Below are positions 9,011 to 19,000 of a stretch of DNA of 64,000 nt, in pieces. Each line of letters starts with the position of its first letter. Position 1 is the first letter of the stretch. The stretch lies in the IMG/VR virus record IMGVR_UViG_3300037011_000237. One strand, written 5' to 3'. This stretch comes from an uncultured virus (IMG/VR IMGVR_UViG_3300037011_000237). Its lineage: Duplodnaviria; Heunggongvirae; Uroviricota; Caudoviricetes. The notes beneath the pieces are model-generated. The model saw only the letters and a list, made by a program, of their open reading frames with translations. It had not been told where the DNA came from and made no database searches. The translations under genes and the position numbers were made by a program.

Positions 9011-11143
9011 TTACGATAATTCTACCATTAGTAATGCAGTCTCGCTTGCTACAGAGCACTTGACTACTGATGTAGAGGCAAAGACTACATAGAGAGGTCC
9101 GTAACCGACACCTACCCCACGAGCGGAGTCTGGTGTAACTAAATGTCCTGGCTCCACTGGAGCGATAGTTACTGTAGTAAGGGAGTTGTCGTTTGCAGCT
9201 GCCACAGCAACTATGTGTCCGACAGTAACCCCAGTAAGCTCACCAGTAGATACGCCTGTAGCTGTAAGTGTCTGTCCTGCTGTAGGCGTGAGGACGTCTG
9301 AGATCTCAATAACTTGAAATGAGGCATAAGCGTCCGCGTGCGTGATTGTAATGACACTTCCAGGAGAGGTGCCGCATACCCCTATCCAGATATCGTAGTA
9401 GGCTTGGTCCGGATGATAAGGCCCTATCACCCTCGTCCAGGTGGTATTAGTAGAAGAGACCGCACTTACTGCCCCGGTATTATATACGTTACCGAATAGA
9501 ATCAGGGAGTGCCCGACTAATGGGGCGGTATCAAGTGTAACTGTACTTACTGAATTCCCATTAAATTTGTCCTGTACCCAACCCGGTGCATTTCCACTAC
9601 CACCACCAGCTACCCAACCTGCATCCTGGCGAGCGTATGGCGTTCCGTCGATAGGTGCTTCACTAATTATGCCACTAATGGCTTGGTACCCATAGACTGC
9701 CGTTATCTCATCAGTTGCTTCAGGAGCGACAGCAAACGTAAAGGTACCAGAACCGGGGGCTGTTTCAACCCAGTCCTCAGCCGAACCTTGAGTCAGCATC
9801 TGACCATTAAGGAAGACACGTAGAGTGCCTGAATTGTAGGCACCTTGAGATACAGTAAAGAGTGTGTTAGATCCGTTTCGTGTACCTCCAAGTACACCAT
9901 ACGTATCACTTGTGCCACCTGCTTGGTCAATGAAAAGGACGTTTGCGGGGGCTACACTAATCCAATCAGTGCCGTCTGACGTCATGAGCTTACCCGCAGT
10001 ACTAGGTACGACATGAGGTACGTTGTGACTTCCAGAGATTGCTAGAGCCGTAACAAATTTAGCATCATCCGTTCCAGTATCGACTTCGGCACTTGTGGCC
10101 TTAGTACCACCAGAAGGAGCTGAGCTAATCCAATCAGTCCCATTTGCCGTAAGAACGTTACCTGTTGTAGCTGGCGACACTGTTGGGATATAATGACTGT
10201 TAGCTAGAGCCAGTGCACTCGCAAACTTGGCGTTGTCAGTGCCTGTATCTAACTCTGCTCCGGTTGCAACTACGCCTCCACCTGTTGGGGCCTCACTAAT
10301 CCAATCAGTACCATTAGAAGTTAATACATTTCCATCAGAACCAGGAACAACATGAGGTACATTATGACTTCCAGCAATAGCAGCAGTGGTAGTAAATTTA
10401 GTATCATCAGCACCAGTATCTACTTCTGTTGCTGTTGCTTTAGCATTTGCTGTGGCTCCATCTGCTACATTAATAATAGTTCTAACATTTGTAGCTGTTA
10501 AATCTTCTGGGTCTCCTGTACTTGTTGTTACTCGCCCTTTTATGGTGTTTTGAGCCATATTAGCAAGTTTAGTATTAGTTACAGCATCCAAAGCTATACT
10601 TGTAACACCATCCCCTATACTAGTAACCTCACCAGTATGATTTGGATGACTATAACCACCAGAATAAATTACATACCAATCACCATCTTTACGAGCATAT
10701 TGTAATCCATCTATGGGGGCTTCTTCAATGCCACCACCACCAGAAACACTAATGGTTACTACCGTTGCATCATTAACCCCATCATCAACTACTATTACAC
10801 CAGAGCCTTCAAAGTTTAAATTTGCTCTTTGTGGGAAAGGTGTACCTGTATCTTGAATTACATGTCCACCACCACTAACTCCACCAGATTCAACTACTTC
10901 AAGTCTATATCTTATATGGTTAAGATTATCTAATAAAGATTCTCCAGAAATAACAGTGTCCATAGTAGCAAGTTCTGTCAAATCATAGGAAATTCTAGTT
11001 TGTGGAAGATATCCAACAAAACCACCGGGAGGTCCACCATCCCCACCTCCACTCGAAGTAATGCCACCTAATACAAGAGGTCTGGTGTTTGCAGAGCGTT
11101 CTAATAAATTTATATAATCAATTAAGTTGGTTTCGTAACTCAT
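9011..11143 (-). CDS. tail fibre protein (modular, two fibritin foldon-like motifs, three ~57 aa repeats)
   Basis: EAPIDGxxYARxDxxW occurs twice; three DTG.D..KF...TDWIS repeats; Gly/Ser/Thr-rich; lies downstream of the baseplate genes. Confidence 0.75.
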   Translation of the reverse strand: MSYETNLIDYINLLERSANTRPLVLGGITSSGGGDGGPPGGFVGYLPQTRISYDLTELATMDTVISGESLLDNLNHIRYRLEVVESGGVSGGGHVIQDTGTPFPQRANLNFEGSGVIVVDDGVNDATVVTISVSGGGGIEEAPIDGLQYARKDGDWYVIYSGGYSHPNHTGEVTSIGDGVTSIALDAVTNTKLANMAQNTIKGRVTTSTGDPEDLTATNVRTIINVADGATANAKATATEVDTGADDTKFTTTAAIAGSHNVPHVVPGSDGNVLTSNGTDWISEAPTGGGVVATGAELDTGTDNAKFASALALANSHYIPTVSPATTGNVLTANGTDWISSAPSGGTKATSAEVDTGTDDAKFVTALAISGSHNVPHVVPSTAGKLMTSDGTDWISVAPANVLFIDQAGGTSDTYGVLGGTRNGSNTLFTVSQGAYNSGTLRVFLNGQMLTQGSAEDWVETAPGSGTFTFAVAPEATDEITAVYGYQAISGIISEAPIDGTPYARQDAGWVAGGGSGNAPGWVQDKFNGNSVSTVTLDTAPLVGHSLILFGNVYNTGAVSAVSSTNTTWTRVIGPYHPDQAYYDIWIGVCGTSPGSVITITHADAYASFQVIEISDVLTPTAGQTLTATGVSTGELTGVTVGHIVAVAAANDNSLTTVTIAPVEPGHLVTPDSARGVGVGYGPLYVVFASTSVVKCSVASETALLMVELS

Positions 11144-14100
11144 AGTCTGTCATCCACACGAATAATGTTTATTAAGTCTTCTGGTAAACCCACTATATAT
11201 TCCATAAATTCTCCGGAAGTAGTTGTATCACTTTGCAGAAAAGAAGATATTCCATTTAACTCTGTACTCATAAAAATGTATTGATGTTCTGGTTGATGAT
11301 TTGATATTTCTAACTTTCCCAATATTCCATCTTCTATATTATACTCCAAAACGGGATTACTGAAGTCAATTAGGTCTAAATTAGTAATATCTAAGGAGTA
11401 AAGTTCATTACCTTTGGTATATAAAAATTTTTGCCCAGAAACAATTCCACTTATAACACTAGCATATCTAAAATCATTTACTTGCACTGTATTCATATTA
11501 TTTGATAAATATAGGGAATTTTCTGGAAAGGTTTCAATAAACCCCATTTCCCACTCACCAGACACGACAGTTGCTAATGGATTACTATCAGATAGGTCCA
11601 ATCTAAAAAAGTTATAAAAACTTGATCTAATCAAATCATAATTATCATCTTCTTCTTTTAATATACAATAAAAATTAAAACCACCTTGTACTACTGGGTC
11701 AGAGTCATTTACCATATAAAATATTTTATATGTCATATAATTCATAAATATATTAGTAATTACTATGATAAAGTTTTGAGTTAAATAAACTCCGTGATTT
11801 CCAAGAACACCATATTCACTTACAGCAATAAATTTTATAAACACCCCTGACTGGTCAAATACTAGTAATCCATAATGAGTGTCTGAAGTTCTTCTTGCCC
11901 AAACATATATAGAACCAGTGACTGTATCTAGTTTACTAGCTACTTGGTCCAATGTATATCCAGCAGGAACATCTAGTATAATTTCTATACTATAGTCAGT
12001 TAAATCGACTAATACATGGTCTGACCCATCCATGCAATATCCATAGGTAACTAATTCATTTCCTGTCTCTAATTGTGATCTTTCTGCTGCAGAAAGGAAG
12101 GGAGGGTTTGTTCCACTTTCATCAATTGCGTATGGATATGCACTATCTTTTCTTACAACTGTTGCTGTACCTGCAATATTAGCCGTTCCACAACAACGAT
12201 TATAGTATGAATTTTTAAGTAGTGATTGATAGGTTGATTCCATTACAGCAACTACTACATTATCTCTAGCAGGAACTTTTAGTCCTATACCATAATTTAA
12301 ACTAGCATTGGATTCCGTTTCTTCTATAATGGAAAAATTTTCTCCGAAAACAGTAAGAAGTGTCACGTCCATTCTTTCTACATAATAACGCCAACTTGAA
12401 AATTCCCAGTGTCTATGATACCATCCTTTTGCCATAGTTATTTTTATATTACATCCAGATTCTCCATTATGCCAAAAATTATCCGTACCAGCTAAAGCAA
12501 TATCACAAGTCATTTGCCAATCTGTACTTCCACCATCATATAATAAACTAGTATATGAAATAGTTCCGTTTATATAATCAGCCTTTATTCCATACAATGT
12601 TGAATTGGTCGTATTTCCTTCCACCTGTAGTCCGTAATGATAATCCCCACTTCTTGATTCTACAGATATAGTAGTATGTAACCTAGTACCTCCTCCTTGA
12701 GCAGCATAAGCAAGGGACGCTATTTCTGAATATGATGTATCAGAAAAGTCTACATCATATAATTTTAATGTTGTACCACCAGAGATACCAAAAACCCTAA
12801 AAACATCTCTTGATAGTTTTTTAATTCCATATATACCAATATTCCCTAAATTTACTGTTGTAATACTTGCCCAAGAAGCTCTGTCAAGAGATATGCGGAG
12901 ACATCGTAGATAAAGTGTACTACCTCCTGCTCTATCTGCATATACAATTCCTCTATCATCATAATTATCAAAAGAACAAACAGCCACTACATTATCTACA
13001 ATTCCTGTAGTTCCTGGAACATTTTGTTCTTCAGATAGATCAAATACTGCTGTTACACAGTCTTCTGTCCATAATTGGCTATCACTAATACCAAACTCAC
13101 CTTGTCCACCACTGAATGTTACTGGATGATACCCCATTCCACCAGAACCAACAACAAATGCAGAAATGTAGTTATTATACCCACTATTATCAATATCATA
13201 TCCTGCAACATGGTCTAGACCTGATGCAGAGAGTCCTGTTACCAATATTTGACTAGAGTCGGTTATAAGTCCATTATATGGATTTACATCTACTACCCAA
13301 CAGTATTCATTTTCATAATTTGATATCATGTCTGTTAGGCCAGATAGTGTAACTCCATAGTCTCTTCTATTATCACTATCTCTATTATCAACAACAGCAT
13401 ATATGGTATTTTTAAATCTGTCTTGTGTAGTTGCTCGTGCTTTCAGTCCCTCAGTAATATTTATTTCTTCCCCACTTGTTGTTATTGGTAAACTAGAAAT
13501 ATCAACTTTGGTCCAAGAATTAGCATAATCACTTCTTCTAAATAAAGACCCATCAGAGGTTACACAAGAAAGTATTCCATTGTTTTTATAAAGGTCAGTT
13601 ACACATAAATCTGTTAATCCAGTGGAAAAATCCTCCCAAACATGAATATCTTCTATATGTTTTCTCCAAACACCATTGTTATCCAATCCTACATAAACAT
13701 AATCTGTAAATCCATAATAACCTAATAATCTCGGACAACGCTCATCTAGAATTATTTTAGTAATTAACCCCATACTAGACATTTCTGTTCCAACAGTAGT
13801 AACTAATCCTGTTCCAGAAAATATATCAGAATTTACAAATATAACATCACCGATAGAAATATCTCTAGCACCATGTACAGTTAATTCTTTAGTAAACGTT
13901 AGTCTAGCATACTCATCTAAAAATTTATAAGCTATAGAATAAGCAGTACCATAGTTAGGAATATTAGCACTGGAGAATACTATTGCTCTTTTATCATTGG
14001 CATCATAGTTCCAAGCGGTTTGTTTAGATATGTCAGCAAATACCCAAGCACCTGTTGAAGAATCCCCCTTACCCCAAACTACCGCTCTATTTCTTAAACT

Positions 14101-14712
14101 TTTATCATCTAAATGAGTTTGTATAGTAATAATATCTGTTTTATCAAATGCTGCACTATAGTTTGACAAATCCTTTCTTAGTTTTCCAATAATACAGGTA
14201 TTATTTGAATCAAAGTACATATACCATGCACTGAGTTGAAGAAGATACATCATTTGGTCATATGCTGTCATCATACCAAGTTTTGTATCATTTGGAAGTA
14301 AATTGCCATATCCTGTATCAGTGAAAGTATAAGAAAGTCCTACTTCAACTAAAAACTTAATCATCCAAGACTTAGTACTATTAGGATTTTCTATTGTATA
14401 ATTACTATAGATAAAATAATCGTCTAGCCACTTAGAACCATCTTGTGCGGTAATTTCTACAGAATTTGTAGGTAAATTCTTAGAAACTATATTAATATAA
14501 TATCTTTTTACTACTTCACCATTTTCGTAAAGTAATACTATAGTTCCCGGTTGTATATCAGAGTTGGAAAAGAAAGAATAACAATCTAAAGATAATACTA
14601 AATGGAAAAATCCTTTTCCTGAACAGATTTTATCTTCCCGTTCATAACTAACTGTATATGGGGAAGCATTTTTCCCATTGATTGTTATAGATACAACATC
14701 ACTTATTTTCAT
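11140..14712 (-). CDS. baseplate hub / tail tip protein with large C-terminal beta-rich domain
   Basis: 1190 aa, three genes after the tape measure; N-terminal ~330 aa similar to the upstream hub-like ORF; propeller-like segment YVGLDNNGVW..WEDFSTGL. Confidence 0.65.
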   Translation of the reverse strand: MKISDVVSITINGKNASPYTVSYEREDKICSGKGFFHLVLSLDCYSFFSNSDIQPGTIVLLYENGEVVKRYYINIVSKNLPTNSVEITAQDGSKWLDDYFIYSNYTIENPNSTKSWMIKFLVEVGLSYTFTDTGYGNLLPNDTKLGMMTAYDQMMYLLQLSAWYMYFDSNNTCIIGKLRKDLSNYSAAFDKTDIITIQTHLDDKSLRNRAVVWGKGDSSTGAWVFADISKQTAWNYDANDKRAIVFSSANIPNYGTAYSIAYKFLDEYARLTFTKELTVHGARDISIGDVIFVNSDIFSGTGLVTTVGTEMSSMGLITKIILDERCPRLLGYYGFTDYVYVGLDNNGVWRKHIEDIHVWEDFSTGLTDLCVTDLYKNNGILSCVTSDGSLFRRSDYANSWTKVDISSLPITTSGEEINITEGLKARATTQDRFKNTIYAVVDNRDSDNRRDYGVTLSGLTDMISNYENEYCWVVDVNPYNGLITDSSQILVTGLSASGLDHVAGYDIDNSGYNNYISAFVVGSGGMGYHPVTFSGGQGEFGISDSQLWTEDCVTAVFDLSEEQNVPGTTGIVDNVVAVCSFDNYDDRGIVYADRAGGSTLYLRCLRISLDRASWASITTVNLGNIGIYGIKKLSRDVFRVFGISGGTTLKLYDVDFSDTSYSEIASLAYAAQGGGTRLHTTISVESRSGDYHYGLQVEGNTTNSTLYGIKADYINGTISYTSLLYDGGSTDWQMTCDIALAGTDNFWHNGESGCNIKITMAKGWYHRHWEFSSWRYYVERMDVTLLTVFGENFSIIEETESNASLNYGIGLKVPARDNVVVAVMESTYQSLLKNSYYNRCCGTANIAGTATVVRKDSAYPYAIDESGTNPPFLSAAERSQLETGNELVTYGYCMDGSDHVLVDLTDYSIEIILDVPAGYTLDQVASKLDTVTGSIYVWARRTSDTHYGLLVFDQSGVFIKFIAVSEYGVLGNHGVYLTQNFIIVITNIFMNYMTYKIFYMVNDSDPVVQGGFNFYCILKEEDDNYDLIRSSFYNFFRLDLSDSNPLATVVSGEWEMGFIETFPENSLYLSNNMNTVQVNDFRYASVISGIVSGQKFLYTKGNELYSLDITNLDLIDFSNPVLEYNIEDGILGKLEISNHQPEHQYIFMSTELNGISSFLQSDTTTSGEFMEYIVGLPEDLINIIRVDDRL

Positions 14713-14715
14713 ATC

Positions 14716-15675
14716 TTATACTCTCAATTCTAAGTTAGTTGTATAGCCTTGTTCACTCCAGTTGTGTTCTGCAGCAAAAATATAGTAATCCACATTATTA
14801 ATACCAATATCTGGAAAATTAGCGGTAACTTTCTTTCTTGCTATATAATCTGGATTTCCCACAGTAACCAAACTCATAGAATTGGTTAATCTATTTAATA
14901 CATCTAAGTTATAATCTGCAGACATTTGAGCCATTTCTTGTGTTACAAATAATGCTGCACAGTTGACAACCACTGTTCTATAGAACCCAACGGGAAGATA
15001 TGGTGAACTAGCTGATGCTTCTGCATGAACACTACCAGTTCCATAAATAATAATTTTATTTCTTAAATTAGTTCCATCAGTTGCTGTTTTAGCTTGAGTA
15101 CTATTACTAGAATCTACAGTGCCAGCAGATACTTCTCCACCCATTAAATATGGTTTTCTATTTTTAAAGTAAATATTTCCACTTTCATCTGCCCACAAAG
15201 ACCAAGTAACTATGTCTCCCAAATATCTACAATAGTCTAAGGTAGTGGTAAGATTAACTTCTACTGGAGCACTAACTCCTATAGTAAAATATGTATCATC
15301 ATGCCCAGCCATAGTTAGACTGGACATTGTTAATAGTTCTGAAACCAAGTCTTCTAATAATATATTTCTTCTGGAGAATGGTACTTTAGGATTAGTTGAT
15401 GCTATAAAGTATTCTGATGCTCTTACTAATTTATCGCTTGCTAATATTTGATAAGTCATTTCTGGTTCTTTTCTATCTATACTTTTTACATATCCAGTAA
15501 ATACTTTGTCGTGATGAGTTGTGTAACCTAAATATATTTCTATTTCACTACCGATATCTAAAGTAGTATTAACTACTTCAAAATTAGCAGTAGCAACCTG
15601 AGCAGAATGACTAGAAGAAAGACTAACCATTAGTGGTTTAGTACAACCAGTAATTTCTGTATGAAGAGCACTCAT
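14716..15675 (-). CDS. baseplate hub-like tail protein
   Basis: EIEIYLGY...VFTGYV, WSLWADESGNIYF, HNWSEQGYTTNLEL: pattern typical of GpD/gp27-like hub proteins; position after the Dit-like gene. Confidence 0.65.
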   Translation of the reverse strand: MSALHTEITGCTKPLMVSLSSSHSAQVATANFEVVNTTLDIGSEIEIYLGYTTHHDKVFTGYVKSIDRKEPEMTYQILASDKLVRASEYFIASTNPKVPFSRRNILLEDLVSELLTMSSLTMAGHDDTYFTIGVSAPVEVNLTTTLDYCRYLGDIVTWSLWADESGNIYFKNRKPYLMGGEVSAGTVDSSNSTQAKTATDGTNLRNKIIIYGTGSVHAEASASSPYLPVGFYRTVVVNCAALFVTQEMAQMSADYNLDVLNRLTNSMSLVTVGNPDYIARKKVTANFPDIGINNVDYYIFAAEHNWSEQGYTTNLELRV

Positions 15676-16064
15676 TAATCTAAATCCTTAAAAAGTTCTA
15701 TATCTACATTATAAACAGGAGCAGAACAGTCTTGGTCTGTATCTATAGTTTGATAAATAGCTTTTTCTCTATCTGCACTAATACTAGAAACATAATAATG
15801 TCCCAATGAAATTTCTGTAGGCGGGTCGGTGGTCGGGTCTGGAGACATTAATTCTACAGAAACGCCAGTAGTAGTTAATAAGTGTAATGAGGCTAATATG
15901 CCAGAACCTACCACTAAACAACCTATTTTAACCTTTGCAGTTTCATAACCAAAGGTTTGATAAACAGTTCCTTCTGCTAATGGTTGTAAGGAAGCGATTA
16001 TTTGCTTGGTTCCTTCTACTATTTTCTGTGTATAAATACGTTTTCCATCAAGTGACCATGCCAT
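15675..16064 (-). CDS. distal tail (Dit-like) protein
   Basis: 129 aa, directly downstream of the tape measure gene. Confidence 0.5.
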   Translation of the reverse strand: MAWSLDGKRIYTQKIVEGTKQIIASLQPLAEGTVYQTFGYETAKVKIGCLVVGSGILASLHLLTTTGVSVELMSPDPTTDPPTEISLGHYYVSSISADREKAIYQTIDTDQDCSAPVYNVDIELFKDLD

Positions 16065-16075
16065 TGTTTATCTCC

Positions 16076-19000
16076 TTACATTATATAATCTTTAGTAGTT
16101 TTACCATAACCAGAAGTAGTTCTTCCAAAATCTGCAGCAAGATATGTTTTAACAATACTAGCAATAACTCTACCATCTAACTGAACAGTGGTACTGGTAT
16201 TTAAATTCAAGTTTATTTTTGGAATTTTTTGTGAATCAGCAGAAGGAAGTGCTTCTCTTAGTCCTGCAGGTAATGCTCCTTTTAGTCCCATTAGTCCAGT
16301 CCAACCCATCATAAGTTGTGGAAGTACTTTCATTAAATTATCTATACCAGTTTCTAACCAATTCATTGTTCCCGGAAGTGTTTCACCTTCACCACCTGCA
16401 CCCGGTCCTGCTCTAAATGGTCTAGATTTAAGTCCTGATTTTCCTTTGGGAACATCAATTCCTCCACCCCATTGTAGACCATATTTTCCTGGAACATCTA
16501 CTCCTCCACCCCATTGAAGTCCGTACTTTCCTGGAACATCAATTCCACCACCTTGTTCAATACCACGTTCTTCTCCACCACCTGTTACTCCTGGAACACC
16601 GCCTCCTCCTTTTTGCATTAAGTCCATCCATCCTTGGGTTAAGAAGACACTAAAGAATGAACCATCGGGTAAGTTATAAATACCATCTAATTGCTTTTCT
16701 TCTATACCAATTAATTTTTCTAATGCTAATCTAAGAGCAAGTTGATCTCCGTGAATTACACCACCAATCCAATCTTTACCAAATACTTGTAAATCTTCAT
16801 TTTCTGGTTCAAATCCAGGAATGGTTCTAAGTGCTTGCATGGCTTGATTTGTATACATTTGTAGCAAAGGAAATTGGGATGAATTAATATCTAACAGTTG
16901 AGGACTAGTGGCCTTAATTGCCTCACCAGTAGTTGTTATTCCTTCTTCTGCTAATCTAGTTGCAGTGTCTTTAAACCAAGCCTCACTAGTTCCCCCCGCT
17001 AATTCATAAACTGCCTTACCAAATGCTTCTACATATACACCAAATTCTTCTTGCGAATCCAAATAAGCATTTATTTCTGCGTCGGTTCTTTCAGGATTTA
17101 GTTGTTTAAGTGCAGCAAATTCTGTTGCTCTAGATTCTTCCATGATTTTTCTATAGTCTGCCCTACTGTACATTTCTCCTTTATTTACTATAGAGGGCAT
17201 ATTAACTAATGCTGCTTGTGCAGCCTCATTTCCTGTCTGTACTATTGTTGGAAGAAGTCCTTCTAGATAGGCTATTCTGGTTTCTAGTTTATTTACAAAA
17301 AAATCTTTAGTTTGTGTTTGTCCATCAAGAGTTATTAAATCAGTTCCTAATGCTGTAGATGCAGCTAGCCCCTCTAATTTATTTTTTGAATCATAAATTT
17401 CCGAAGACATTGCTGTTATAGCATCTACTGCTTCTGAAGAACCATCAGTTATTAGGTTTAAAAATGCTTGATAAGCATCCATTTCACTATTAATTCCAGC
17501 AACATTACCTATAAGTATACTACCAAAGGTTGCTTGGAATTTAGTAGCTCTTTCTTCATATGTACTTAGTGATTCCATTTTTCTTGTAAATTCAGCAGGA
17601 GTGATCTCTTTTTGCTGAACTTGTGTAAGTAATCGTCCTTCTGCGCCCTTTCTCATACCAGTAAGAGTTGGACCGTATAACTCCATTTGTTCTTTTTGTC
17701 GCATATCTATTTCAAAAGGAGATAAATTATAATTTTCTGGATGTTCTATTTTACCTACTTCTGCAGCCATATTAAATTCTGCTATTGCTCTAGCTCCAGG
17801 ACTTCCCTCCCCATATCTTTCACGATTTAAATCCATCAGTGCCCAAGCGGTAGTTTCTGGACTAGTAGGAGTTGAAGTAAGATAACTTGGTAGATTCAGT
17901 ATTGTAGATAAAAGTTTACCAAAACCACTTCCAATTCCACTGCCAACCCCCTCAAATAATGCTTCTGTTCCAGCATCTGAAGCAAATTTAACTGCTTCTG
18001 GCGTTTTATATCCGGAACCACCTGTTTCAGCTAAAACTCTGGAAATATTACCTTGATAAGTAACTGTTGAGATATATGCTTCTCCTATTGCTGAACCAAT
18101 AGCCATACCTATAATTGGACTCATACCTAGAAGAGTGGATACTATTGCTCCACCTGCAGCACCAAGAATATTAGCAGCGGCCTTGGCTCCGGCTGCTGGG
18201 TCTTCTTTAGCATTTCGTAAATTTCCTATAGCAGGTAATACTCCAGCAAGTAATCCCCCAGCAAGCATATTAGTCAGATTTGGAGTTCCAGAAAGTAGAT
18301 TACCAACAAATCTACCTCCAGTTCCTTGCATAACAGAAGGTCCAAGAGCAGGATTACTATATTTCATAGTGGAACCATATATTCCGGGCATCATGGTCAT
18401 TAAGAGTCTATCTAGACCTTGTCCCATAGCACCAACTGCTGTTGGTCCTTGCATTTTAAGAATTGCTCCACCAGCCATTACAGTCATCAACATTGGTCCT
18501 GCTTTACCCATAGTAGAAACTAATGTGTCAAATACATTTGTAACACCAGTTGCTACTTCCAAAATCATACCAAATAAATCTAGTAATCCTCCTTCATTGC
18601 CCAAGGTTGCCGCTAAGGATTGAAAAGAGTTATTTAATCTTGTAGATGCTGTCTGAACAGTATTTAATCTTCTACCCATAGCTTCTTGTGCTTCACCATT
18701 TGCAGTTGCAGATAATGCAGCTACTTGCTGAACTCTTGCATAGTTTTCAATAAGGGTAGTAACTGCTGCTTGTCTACGGTTTCCACCACCACCAATAGCT
18801 CTAGCAGTTTCTTGAAATGCTGTATCACTAATTAAACCTAGTTGTCTTTGTTGATAAATTTCGGTAGCAATACTATTAAAATCTCTAAGATTTCCTTCAG
18901 CATCTTTTGTAGCAATGCCTAACTTCATTATTTGTGCAGTTGATTTTTCTCCATATAAACCAGAAACAATCGCTTTAGCAGTATTAGCAACTTCTTTACC

